Translations under genes and position numbers: made by a program
Notes under the pieces: model-generated
What the model was told of the DNA's origin: nothing
What the model saw: only the letters and a program-made list of their open reading frames with translations
The model's database searches: none
Shown here: one piece after another, positions 1 to 11,300 of the stretch
Numbering within the stretch: the stretch's first letter is position 1
Layout of the letters: every line of letters begins with the position of its first letter
NCBI RefSeq assembly: GCF_009914755.1
Contig: NC_060928.1
Reading direction: 5' to 3' (one strand)
From: the human T2T-CHM13v2.0 reference genome, Homo sapiens
Length of the DNA: 64,000 bases

Positions 1-2041
1 TTTGTGATGTGTGTATTCAACTAACAGAGTTGAACTTTTGTTTTTACAGAGCCGTTTTAAAACACTCTTTTTGTGGAATCAGAAAGTGGATATTCGGATG
101 GCTCTGAGGATTTCGTTGGAAGCGGGATTACATATAAAATCTAGAGAGAAGCATTCTCAGGAACTTCTTTGTGATGTTTGCATTGAAGTCACAGAATTGA
201 ACATTCACTTTGATAGAGCAGGTTTGAAACACTCATTCTGTAGTATCTGGAAGTGGACATTTCAAGCGCTTTCAGGCCTATGGTGAGAAAGGAAATATCT
301 TCGAATAAAAACTAGACAGAAGCATCCTCAGAAACTTATTTGTGATGTGTGTCCTCAACTAACAGAGTTGAAACTTTGTTTTGATACAGCATTTTGGAAA
401 CACTCTTTTTGTAGAATCTGCAGGTGGATATTTGGATAGCTTAGAGGGATTCGTTGGAAAGGGGATATCTTCATATAAAATCTAGACAGAAGCATTCTCA
501 GAAACTTATTTGTGATGTGTGTCCTCAACTAACAGAGTTGAACCTTGGTTTTGATACAGCATTTTGGAAACACTCCTTTTGTAGAATCTGCAGGTGGATA
601 TGTGGATAGCTCTGAAGATTTCGTTGGAAACGGGAATTTCTTCATATAAAATCAAACAGAAGCATTCTCAGAAACTTCTCAGTGATGTTTGCATTCAGCT
701 CATGGAGTTGAACACTTCCTTTCATAGAGCCGGTTTGAAACACTCTTTCTGCACTACCTGGAAGAGGACATTTCGAGCGCTTTGAGTCCTATGGTGAAAA
801 AGGAAATATCTTCTCATAAAAACCAGAAAGAAGCATTCTCAGAAACTTCTTTGTGTTGTGTGTACTCATGTAACAGTGTTGAACCATCCTTTTGACAGAG
901 CAGTTTTGAAACACTCTTTTTGTAGAATCTGCAAGTGGATATTTGGATAGCTTTGAGGATTTCGTTGGAAACGGGATGACATATAATATCTAGAGAGAAG
1001 CATACTCAGGAACTTCTTTGTGATGTTTGCATTCAAGTCACAGAATTGAACATTCCCTTTCATAGAGCAGGTTTGAAACACTCTTTCTCTAGTATCTGGA
1101 AGTGGGCATTTCAAGCGCTTTCAGGCCTATGGAGAGAAAGGAAATATCTTCAAATAAAAACTAGACAGAAGGATTCTCAGAAACTTATTTGTGATGTGTG
1201 TCCTAAACGAACACAGTTGAACCTTTGTTTAGATACAGCATTTTGGAAACACTCCTTTTGTAGGATCTGCAGGTGGATATTTGGATAGATTTTAAGATTT
1301 CGTTGGAAACGGGAGTTTCTTCATAGACACTCAAGACAGATGCATTCTCAGAAACATCTCTGTGATGTTTGCATTCCACTCATAGAGTTGAAAACTTCCT
1401 TTCATAGAGCAGGTTTGAAACACTCTTTTTGTAATATTTGGAAGTGTACATTTGCAGCGCTTTGAGGCCTATGGTGAAAAAGGAAATATCTTCTCATAAA
1501 AACCAGAAACAAGCATTCTCAGAAACTTCTTTTTGATGTGTGTACTCAAGTAACAGAGTTGAACCTTCCTTTTGACACAGCAGTTTTGAAACAATCTTTT
1601 TGTAGAATCTGCAAGTGGATATTTGGATAGCTTTGAGGATTTCGTTGGAAACGGGATATCTTCATATAAAATCTAGACAGAAGCTTTCTCAGAAACTTCT
1701 TTGTGCTGTATGTCCTCAATTAACAGAGTTGAACCATTGCTTGGATACAGCATTTTGGAAACATTCCTTTAGTAGAATCTGCAAGTTGATATTTAGATAG
1801 ATTTGAAGATTTCGTTGGAAAAGGGAATATCTCCATATAAAATCTAGAGGGAAGCATTCTCAGAAACTGCTTTGTGATGTTTCCATTCAAGTCACAGAGT
1901 TGAATATTCCCTTTTATAGAGCACGTTTGAAACACTCTTTCTGCACTATCTGGAAGTGGACATTTCGAGCGCTTTGAGGCCTATGGTGAAAAAGGAAATA
2001 TCTTCCCATAAAAACTAGACAGAAGCATTCTCAGAAACTTG
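1..2041 (+). repeat. 12-mer HOR variant copy 1 (m1-m7 joined to m15-m19; 7 monomers/1191 bp deleted)
   Basis: Marker spacing 11->2052 = 2041 bp. m7 sequence (ctatggagag) runs into the m14 end/m15 start (aaatatcttcaaa...gaaggattctc...cctaaacgaacac); junction about 1134-1146. Confidence 0.92.
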
Positions 2042-4082
2042 TTTGTGATGTGTGTATTCAACTAACAGAGTTGAACTTTTGTTTTTACAGAGCCGTTTTA
2101 AAACACTCTTTTTGTGGAATCAGAAAGTGGATATTCGGATGGCTCTGAGGATTTCGTTGGAAGCGGGATTACATATAAAATCTAGAGAGAAGCATTCTCA
2201 GGAACTTCTTTGTGATGTTTGCATTGAAGTCACAGAATTGAACATTCACTTTGATAGAGCAGGTTTGAAACACTCATTCTGTAGTATCTGGAAGTGGACA
2301 TTTCAAGCGCTTTCAGGCCTATGGTGAGAAAGGAAATATCTTCGAATAAAAACTAGACAGAAGCATCCTCAGAAACTTATTTGTGATGTGTGTCCTCAAC
2401 TAACAGAGTTGAAACTTTGTTTTGATACAGCATTTTGGAAACACTCTTTTTGTAGAATCTGCAGGTGGATATTTGGATAGCTTAGAGGGATTCGTTGGAA
2501 AGGGGATATCTTCATATAAAATCTAGACAGAAGCATTCTCAGAAACTTATTTGTGATGTGTGTCCTCAACTAACAGAGTTGAACCTTGGTTTTGATACAG
2601 CATTTTGGAAACACTCCTTTTGTAGAATCTGCAGGTGGATATGTGGATAGCTCTGAAGATTTCGTTGGAAACGGGAATTTCTTCATATAAAATCAAACAG
2701 AAGCATTCTCAGAAACTTCTCAGTGATGTTTGCATTCAGCTCATGGAGTTGAACACTTCCTTTCATAGAGCCGGTTTGAAACACTCTTTCTGCACTACCT
2801 GGAAGAGGACATTTCGAGCGCTTTGAGTCCTATGGTGAAAAAGGAAATATCTTCTCATAAAAACCAGAAAGAAGCATTCTCAGAAACTTCTTTGTGTTGT
2901 GTGTACTCATGTAACAGTGTTGAACCATCCTTTTGACAGAGCAGTTTTGAAACACTCTTTTTGTAGAATCTGCAAGTGGATATTTGGATAGCTTTGAGGA
3001 TTTCGTTGGAAACGGGATGACATATAATATCTAGAGAGAAGCATTCTCAGGAACTTCTTTGTGATGTTTGCATTCAAGTCACAGAATTGAACATTCCCTT
3101 TCATAGAGCAGGTTTGAAACACTCTTTCTCTAGTATCTGGAAGTGGGCATTTCAAGCGCTTTCAGGCCTATGGAGAGAAAGGAAATACCTTCAAATAAAA
3201 ACTAGACAGAAGCATTCTCAGAAACTTATTTGTGATGTGTGTCCTAAACGAACACAGTTGAACCTTTGTTTTGATACAGCATTTTGGAAACACTCCTTTT
3301 GTAGGATCTGCAGGTGGATATTTGGATAACTTTGAAGATTTCGTTGGAAACCGGAATATCTTCATAGAAACTCAAGACAGATGCATTCTCAGAAACATCT
3401 CTGTGATGTTTGCATTCCACTCATAGAGTTGAAAACTTCCTTTCATAGAGCAGGTTTGAAACACTCTTTTTGTAATATTTGGAAGTGGACATTTGCAGCG
3501 CTTTGAGGCCTATGGTGAAAAAGGAAATATCTTCTCATAAAAACCAGAAACAAGCATTCTCAGAAACTTCTTTTTGATGTGTGTACTCAAGTAACAGAGT
3601 TGAACCTTCCTTTTGACACAGCAGTTTTGAAACAATCTTTTTGTAGAATCTGCAAGTGGATATTTGGATAGCTTTGAGGATTTCGTTGGAAACGGGATAT
3701 CTTCATATAAAATCTAGACAGAAGCTTTCTCAGAAACTTCTTTGTGCTGTATGTCCTCAATTAACAGAGTTGAACCATTGCTTGGATACAGCATTTTGGA
3801 AACATTCCTTGAGTAGAATCTGCAAGTTGATATTTAGATAGATTTGAAGATTTCGTTGGAAAAGGGAATATCTCCATATAAAATCTAGAGGGAAGCATTC
3901 TCAGAAACTGCTTTGTGATGTTTCCATTCAAGTCACAGAGTTGAATATTCCCTTTTATAGAGCACGTTTGAAACACTCTTTCTGCACTATCTGGAAGTGG
4001 ACATTTCGAGCGCTTTGAGGCCTATGGTGAAAAAGGAAATATCTTCCCATAAAAACTAGACAGAAGCATTCTCAGAAACTTG
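2042..4082 (+). repeat. 12-mer HOR variant copy 2 (m1-m7, mosaic m8/m15, m16-m19)
   Basis: Marker spacing 2052->4093 = 2041 bp; the monomer at 3213-3383 mixes m8 and m15 diagnostic bases. Confidence 0.92.
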
Positions 4083-4192
4083 TTTGTGATGTGTGTATTC
4101 AACTAACAGAGTTGAACTTTTGTTTTTACAGAGCCGTTTTAAAACACTCTTTTTGTGGAATCAGAAAGTGGATATTCGGATGGCTCTGAGGA

Positions 4193-4209
4193 TTTCGTTG
4201 GAAGCGGGA
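4193..4209 (+). other. CENP-B box, intact (m1); recurs in every unit
   Basis: TTTCGTTGGAAGCGGGA matches the nTTCGnnnnAnnCGGGn core. Confidence 0.93.
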
Positions 4210-4530
4210 TTACATATAAAATCTAGAGAGAAGCATTCTCAGGAACTTCTTTGTGATGTTTGCATTGAAGTCACAGAATTGAACATTCACTTTGATAGAG
4301 CAGGTTTGAAACACTCATTCTGTAGTATCTGGAAGTGGACATTTCAAGCGCTTTCAGGCCTATGGTGAGAAAGGAAATATCTTCGAATAAAAACTAGACA
4401 GAAGCATCCTCAGAAACTTATTTGTGATGTGTGTCCTCAACTAACAGAGTTGAAACTTTGTTTTGATACAGCATTTTGGAAACACTCTTTTTGTAGAATC
4501 TGCAGGTGGATATTTGGATAGCTTAGAGGG

Positions 4531-4547
4531 ATTCGTTGGAAAGGGGA
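4531..4547 (+). other. Degenerate CENP-B box (m3)
   Basis: ATTCGTTGGAAAGGGGA: CGGG replaced by GGGG. Confidence 0.85.
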
Positions 4548-4700
4548 TATCTTCATATAAAATCTAGACAGAAGCATTCTCAGAAACTTATTTGTGATGT
4601 GTGTCCTCAACTAACAGAGTTGAACCTTGGTTTTGATACAGCATTTTGGAAACACTCCTTTTGTAGAATCTGCAGGTGGATATGTGGATAGCTCTGAAGA

Positions 4701-4717
4701 TTTCGTTGGAAACGGGA
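4701..4717 (+). other. CENP-B box, intact (m4)
   Basis: TTTCGTTGGAAACGGGA. Confidence 0.93.
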
Positions 4718-4870
4718 ATTTCTTCATATAAAATCAAACAGAAGCATTCTCAGAAACTTCTCAGTGATGTTTGCATTCAGCTCATGGAGTTGAACACTTC
4801 CTTTCATAGAGCCGGTTTGAAACACTCTTTCTGCACTACCTGGAAGAGGACATTTCGAGCGCTTTGAGTC

Positions 4871-4887
4871 CTATGGTGAAAAAGGAA
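4871..4887 (+). other. pJ-alpha motif of an A-type monomer (m5, representative)
   Basis: CTATGGTGAAAAAGGAA at the position homologous to the CENP-B box; variants occur in m2, m7, m9, m12, m14, m16, m19. Confidence 0.8.
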
Positions 4888-5041
4888 ATATCTTCTCATA
4901 AAAACCAGAAAGAAGCATTCTCAGAAACTTCTTTGTGTTGTGTGTACTCATGTAACAGTGTTGAACCATCCTTTTGACAGAGCAGTTTTGAAACACTCTT
5001 TTTGTAGAATCTGCAAGTGGATATTTGGATAGCTTTGAGGA

Positions 5042-5058
5042 TTTCGTTGGAAACGGGA
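5042..5058 (+). other. CENP-B box, intact (m6)
   Basis: TTTCGTTGGAAACGGGA. Confidence 0.93.
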
Positions 5059-5379
5059 TGACATATAATATCTAGACAGAAGCATTCTCAGGAACTTCTT
5101 TGTGATGTTTGCATTCAAGTCACAGAATTGAACATTCCCTTTCATAGAGCAGGTTTGAAACACTCTTTCTCTAGTATCTGGAAGTGGGCATTTCAAGCGC
5201 TTTCAGGCCTATGGAGAGAAAGGAAATACCTTCAAATAAAAACTAGACAGAAGCATTCTCAGAAACTTATTTGTGATGTGTGTCCTCAACTAACAGAGTT
5301 GAACCTTTGTTTTGATACAGCATTTTGGAAACACTCCTTTTGTAGAATCTGCAGGTGGATATTTGGATAACTTTGAAGA

Positions 5380-5396
5380 TTTCGTTGGAAACCGGA
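5380..5396 (+). other. Degenerate CENP-B box (m8)
   Basis: TTTCGTTGGAAACCGGA: CGGG replaced by CCGG. Confidence 0.85.
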
Positions 5397-5722
5397 ATAT
5401 CTTCATATAAAATCAAGACAGAAGCATTCTCGGAAACATCTCTGTGATGTTTGCATTCAACTCAGTAGAGTTGAACACTTCCTTTCATAGAGCCGGTTTG
5501 AAACACTCTTTCTGCACTACCTGGAAGCGGACATTTCGAGCGCTTTGAGGCCTATGGTGAAAAAGGAAATATCTTCTCATAAAAACCAGAAAGAAGCATT
5601 CTCAGAAACTTCTTTGTGTTGTGTGTACTCAAGTAACAGTGTTGAACCTTCCTTTTGACACAGCAGTTTTGAAACACTCTTTTGGTAGAATCTGCAAGTG
5701 GATATTTGGATAGCTTTGAGGA

Positions 5723-5739
5723 TTTCGTTGGAAACGGGT
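5723..5739 (+). other. CENP-B box, core intact (m10)
   Basis: TTTCGTTGGAAACGGGT: all nine core positions present. Confidence 0.88.
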
Positions 5740-5892
5740 TATCTTCATATAAAATCCAGACAGGAGCATTCTCAGAAACTTCTTTGTGCTGCATGTCCTC
5801 AATTCACAGAGCTGAACCTTTGTTTGGATACAGCATTTTGGAAACATTCCTTTAGTAGAATCTGCAAGTTGATATTTAGATAGCTTTGAAGA

Positions 5893-5909
5893 TTTCGTTG
5901 GAAACGGGA
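5893..5909 (+). other. CENP-B box, intact (m11)
   Basis: TTTCGTTGGAAACGGGA, 170 bp after the m10 box. Confidence 0.93.
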
Positions 5910-6232
5910 ATATCTTCATAGAAAATCTAGACGGAAGCATTCTCAGAAACTGCTTTGTGATGTTTGCATTCAAGTCACAGAGTTGAATATTCCCTTTTAT
6001 AGAGTAGGTTTGAAACACTCTTTCGGCACTACCTGGAAGTGGATATTTCGAGCTCTTTGAGGCCTATGGTTAAAAGGAAATATCTTCCCATAAAAACTAG
6101 ACAGAAGCCGTCTCAGAAACTTGTTTGTGATGTGTGTATTCAACTACCAGAGTTGAACATTTCTGTTACAGAGCAATTTTAAAACACTCTTTTTGTGGAA
6201 TCTGAAAGTGGATAATTGGATAGCTTTGTGGA

Positions 6233-6249
6233 TTTCGTTGGAAACGGGA
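6233..6249 (+). other. CENP-B box, intact (m13)
   Basis: TTTCGTTGGAAACGGGA. Confidence 0.93.
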
Positions 6250-6570
6250 TGACGTATAAAATCTAGAGAGAAGCATTCTCAGGAACTTCTTTGTGATGTT
6301 TGCATTCAAGTCACAGAATTGAACATTCCTTTTCATAGTGCAGGTTTGAAACACTCTTTCTGTAGTATCTGGAAGTGGACATTTCAAGCGCTTTCAGGCC
6401 TACGGGGAGAAAGGAAATATCTTCAAATAAAAACTAGACAGAAGGATTCTCAGAAACTTATTTGTGATGTGTGTCCTAAACGAACACAGTTGAACCTTTG
6501 TTTAGATACAGCATTTTGGAAACACTCCTTTTGTAGGATCTGCAGGTGGATATTTGGATAGATTTTAAGA

Positions 6571-6587
6571 TTTCGTTGGAAACGGGA
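6571..6587 (+). other. CENP-B box, intact (m15)
   Basis: TTTCGTTGGAAACGGGA. Confidence 0.93.
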
Positions 6588-6912
6588 GTTTCTTCATAGA
6601 AACTCAAGACAGATGCATTCTCAGAAACATCTCTGTGATGTTTGCATTCCACTCATAGAGTTGAAAACTTCCTTTCATAGAGCAGGTTTGAAACACTCTT
6701 TTTGTAATATTTGGAAGTGGACATTTGCAGCGCTTTGAGGCCTATGGTGAAAAAGGAAATATCTTCTCATAAAAACCAGAAACAAGCATTCTCAGAAACT
6801 TCTTTTTGATGTGTGTACTCAAGTAACAGAGTTGAACCTTCCTTTTGACACAGCAGTTTTGAAACAATCTTTTTGTAGAATCTGCAAGTGGATATTTGGA
6901 TAGCTTTGAGGA

Positions 6913-6929
6913 TTTCGTTGGAAACGGGA
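6913..6929 (+). other. CENP-B box, intact (m17)
   Basis: TTTCGTTGGAAACGGGA. Confidence 0.93.
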
Positions 6930-7082
6930 TATCTTCATATAAAATCTAGACAGAAGCATTCTCAGAAACTTCTTTGTGCTGTATGTCCTCAATTAACAGA
7001 GTTGAACCATTGCTTGGATACAGCATTTTGGAAACATTCCTTTAGTAGAATCTGCAAGTTGATATTGAGATAGATTTGAAGA

Positions 7083-7099
7083 TTTCGTTGGAAAAGGGA
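7083..7099 (+). other. Degenerate CENP-B box (m18)
   Basis: TTTCGTTGGAAAAGGGA: CGGG replaced by AGGG. Confidence 0.85.
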
Positions 7100-7314
7100 A
7101 TATCTCCATATAAAATCTAGACGGAAGCATTCTCAGAAACTGCTTTGTGATGTTTCCATTCAAGTCACAGAGTTGAATATTCCCTTTTATAGAGCACGTT
7201 TGAAACACTCTTTCTGCACTATCTGGAAGTGGACATTTCGAGCGCTTTGAGGCCTATGGTGAAAAAGGAAATATCTTCCCATAAAAATTAGACAGAAGCG
7301 TTCTCAGAAACTTG

Positions 7315-8331
7315 TTTGTGATGTGTGTATTCAACTAACAGAGTTGAACTTTTGTTTTTACAGAGCCGTTTTAAAACACTCTTTTTGTGGAATCAGAAAG
7401 TGGATATTCGGATGGCTCTGAGGATTTCGTTGGAAGCGGGATTACATATAAAATCTAGAGAGAAGCATTCTCAGGAACTTCTTTGTGATGTTTGCATTGA
7501 AGTCACAGAATTGAACATTCACTTTGATAGAGCAGGTTTGAAACACTCATTCTGTAGTATCTGGAAGTGGACATTTCAAGCGCTTTCAGGCCTATGGTGA
7601 AAAAGGAAATATCTTCGAATAAAAACTAGACAGAAGCATCCTCAGAAACTTATTTGTGATGTGTGTCCTCAACTAACAGAGTTGAAACTTTGTTTTGATA
7701 CAGCATTTTGGAAACACTCCTTTTGTAGAATCTGCAGGTGGATATGTGGATAGCTCTGAAGATTTCGTTGGAAACGGGAATTTCTTCATATAAAATCAAA
7801 CAGAAGCATTCTCAGAAACTTCTCAGTGATGTTTGCATTCAGCTCATGGAGTTGAACACTTCCTTTCATAGAGCCGGTTTGAAACACTCTTTCTGCACTA
7901 CCTGGAAGAGGCCATTTCGAGCGCTTTGAGTCCTATGGTGAAAAAGGAAATATCTTCTCATAAAAACCAGAAAGAAGCATTCTCAGAAACTTCTTTGTGT
8001 TGTGTGTACTCATGTAACAGTGTTGAACCATCCTTTTGACAGAGCAGTTTTGAAACACTCTTTTTGTAGAATCTGCAAGTGGATATTTGGATAGCTTTGA
8101 GGATTTCGTTGGAAACGGGATGACATATAATATCTAGAGAGAAGCATTCTCAGGAACTTCTTTGTGCTGTTTGCATTCAAGTCACAGAATTGAACATTCA
8201 CTTTCATAGTGCAGATTTGAAACACTCTTTCTCTAGTATCTGGAAGTGGGCATTTCAAGCGCTTTCAGGCCTATTGAGAGAAAGGAAATACCTTCAAATA
8301 AAAACTAGACAGAAGCATTCTCAGAAACTTG
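7315..8331 (+). repeat. 6-mer HOR variant (1017 bp): m1, m2, m3/m4 hybrid, m5, m6, m7; further copies at 11564-12580, 15813-16829, 43702-44718, 47951-48967, 52200-53216
   Basis: The spacing between the m1 and m4 markers is 413 bp instead of 583 bp (170 bp lost), and the m7 end (taccttcaaa) is followed directly by the m1 start (cttgtttgtgatgtgtgtattc). Confidence 0.92.
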
Positions 8332-11300
8332 TTTGTGATGTGTGTATTCAACTAACAGAGTTGAACTTTTGTTTTTACAGAGCCGTTTTAAAACACTCTT
8401 TTTGTGGAATCAGAAAGTGGATATTCGGATGGCTCTGAGGATTTCGTTGGAAGCGGGATTACATATAAAATCTAGAGAGAAGCATTCTCAGGAACTTCTT
8501 TGTGATGTTTGCATTGAAGTCACAGAATTGAACATTCACTTTGATAGAGCAGGTTTGAAACACTCATTCTGTAGTATCTGGAAGTGGACATTTCAAGCGC
8601 TTTCAGGCCTATGGTGAGAAAGGAAATATCTTCGAATAAAAACTAGACAGAAGCATCCTCAGAAACTTATTTGTGATGTGTGTCCTCAACTAACAGAGTT
8701 GAAACTTTGTTTTGATACAGCATTTTGGAAACACTCTTTTTGTAGAATCTGCAGGTGGATATTTGGATAGCTTAGAGGGATTCGTTGGAAAGGGGATATC
8801 TTCATATAAAATCTAGACAGAAGCATTCTCAGAAACTTATTTGTGATGTGTGTCCTCAACTAACAGAGTTGAACCTTGGTTTTGATACAGCATTTTGGAA
8901 ACACTCCTTTTGTAGAATCTGCAGGTGGATATGTGGATAGCTCTGAAGATTTCGTTGGAAACGGGAATTTCTTCATATAAAATCAAACAGAAGCATTCTC
9001 AGAAACTTCTCAGTGATGTTTGCATTCAGCTCATGGAGTTGAACACTTCCTTTCATAGAGCCGGTTTGAAACACTCTTTCTGCACTACCTGGAAGAGGCC
9101 ATTTCGAGCGCTTTGAGTCCTATGGTGAAAAAGGAAATATCTTCTCATAAAAACCAGAAAGAAGCATTCTCAGAAACTTCTTTGTGTTGTGTGTACTCAT
9201 GTAACAGTGTTGAACCATCCTTTTGACAGAGCAGTTTTGAAACACTCTTTTTGTAGAATCTGCAAGTGGATATTTGGATAGCTTTGAGGATTTCGTTGGA
9301 AACGGGATGACATATAATATCTAGACAGAAGCATTCTCAGGAACTTCTTTGTGATGTTTGCATTCAAGTCACAGAATTGAACATTCCCTTTCATAGAGCA
9401 GGTTTGAAACACTCTTTCTCTAGTATCTGGAAGTGGGCATTTCAAGCGCTTTCAGGCCTATGGAGAGAAAGGAAATACCTTCAAATAAAAACTAGACAGA
9501 AGCATTCTCAGAAACTTATTTGTGATGTGTGTCCTCAACTAACAGAGTTGAACCTTTGTTTTGATACAGCATTTTGGAAACACTCCTTTTGTAGAATCTG
9601 CAGGTGGATATTTGGATAACTTTGAAGATTTCGTTGGAAACCGGAATATCTTCATATAAAATCAAGACAGAAGCATTCTCGGAAACATCTCTGTGATGTT
9701 TGCATTCAACTCAGTAGAGTTGAACACTTCCTTTCATAGAGCCGGTTTGAAACACTCTTTCTGCACTACCTGGAAGCGGACATTTCGAGCGCTTTGAGGC
9801 CTATGGTGAAAAAGGAAATATCTTCTCATAAAAACCAGAAAGAAGCATTCTCAGAAACTTCTTTGTGTTGTGTGTACTCAAGTAACAGTGTTGAACCTTC
9901 CTTTTGACACAGCAGTTTTGAAACACTCTTTTGGTAGAATCTGCAAGTGGATATTTGGATAGCTTTGAGGATTTCGTTGGAAACGGGTTATCTTCATATA
10001 AAATCCAGACAGGAGCATTCTCAGAAACTTCTTTGTGCTGCATGTCCTCAATTCACAGAGCTGAACCTTTGTTTGGATACAGCATTTTGGAAACATTCCT
10101 TTAGTAGAATCTGCAAGTTGATATTTAGATAGCTTTGAAGATTTCGTTGGAAACGGGAATATCTTCATAGAAAATCTAGACGGAAGCATTCTCAGAAACT
10201 GCTTTGTGATGTTTGCATTCAAGTCACAGAGTTGAATATTCCCTTTTATAGAGTAGGTTTGAAACACTCTTTCGGCACTACCTGGAAGTGGATATTTCGA
10301 GCTCTTTGAGGCCTATGGTTAAAAGGAAATATCTTCCCATAAAAACTAGACAGAAGCCGTCTCAGAAACTTGTTTGTGATGTGTGTATTCAACTACCAGA
10401 GTTGAACATTTCTGTTACAGAGCAATTTTAAAACACTCTTTTTGTGGAATCTGAAAGTGGATAATTGGATAGCTTTGTGGATTTCGTTGGAAACGGGATG
10501 ACGTATAAAATCTAGAGAGAAGCATTCTCAGGAACTTCTTTGTGATGTTTGCATTCAAGTCACAGAATTGAACATTCCTTTTCATAGTGCAGGTTTGAAA
10601 CACTCTTTCTGTAGTATCTGGAAGTGGACATTTCAAGCGCTTTCAGGCCTACGGGGAGAAAGGAAATATCTTCAAATAAAAACTAGACAGAAGGATTCTC
10701 AGAAACTTATTTGTGATGTGTGTCCTAAACGAACACAGTTGAACCTTTGTTTAGATACAGCATTTTGGAAACACTCCTTTTGTAGGATCTGCAGGTGGAT
10801 ATTTGGATAGATTTTAAGATTTCGTTGGAAACGGGAGTTTCTTCATAGAAACTCAAGACAGATGCATTCTCAGAAACATCTCTGTGATGTTTGCATTCCA
10901 CTCATAGAGTTGAAAACTTCCTTTCATAGAGCAGGTTTGAAACACTCTTTTTGTAATATTTGGAAGTGGACATTTGCAGCGCTTTGAGGCCTATGGTGAA
11001 AAAGGAAATATCTTCTCATAAAAACCAGAAACAAGCATTCTCAGAAACTTCTTTTTGATGTGTGTACTCAAGTAACAGAGTTGAACCTTCCTTTTGACAC
11101 AGCAGTTTTGAAACAATCTTTTTGTAGAATCTGCAAGTGGATATTTGGATAGCTTTGAGGATTTCGTTGGAAACGGGATATCTTCGTATAAAATCTAGAC
11201 AGAAGCATTCTCAGAAACTTCTTTGTGCTGTATGTCCTCAATTAACAGAGTTGAACCATTGCTTGGATACAGCATTTTGGAAACATTCCTTTAGTAGAAT

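Larger units (their letters stand above)
4083..7314 (+). repeat. Representative canonical 19-mer HOR (3232 bp); monomer types B A B* B A B A B* A B B A B A B A B B* A (*=degenerate CENP-B box)
   Basis: 19 monomers counted by eye from 4067, with starts at about 4067, 4234, 4405, 4575, 4745, 4916, 5083, 5254, 5425, 5597, 5767, 5938, 6108, 6274, 6445, 6616, 6787, 6957, 7128; 11 B-type and 8 A-type. Confidence 0.92.

Noticed and set aside
264-282. Short palindromes such as aagcgctt, aggcct and tctaga suggesting hairpins or terminators
   Set aside because: They are ordinary 6-8 bp dyads of the alpha-satellite consensus, too short to support a structural or terminator call from sequence alone.
5629-6018. 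Longest ORF (129 aa, minus strand), present in most 19-mers
   Set aside because: A chance open frame across m10-m12. It is truncated by single changes in units 24311 and 40470, and its conservation simply reflects HOR homogeneity.
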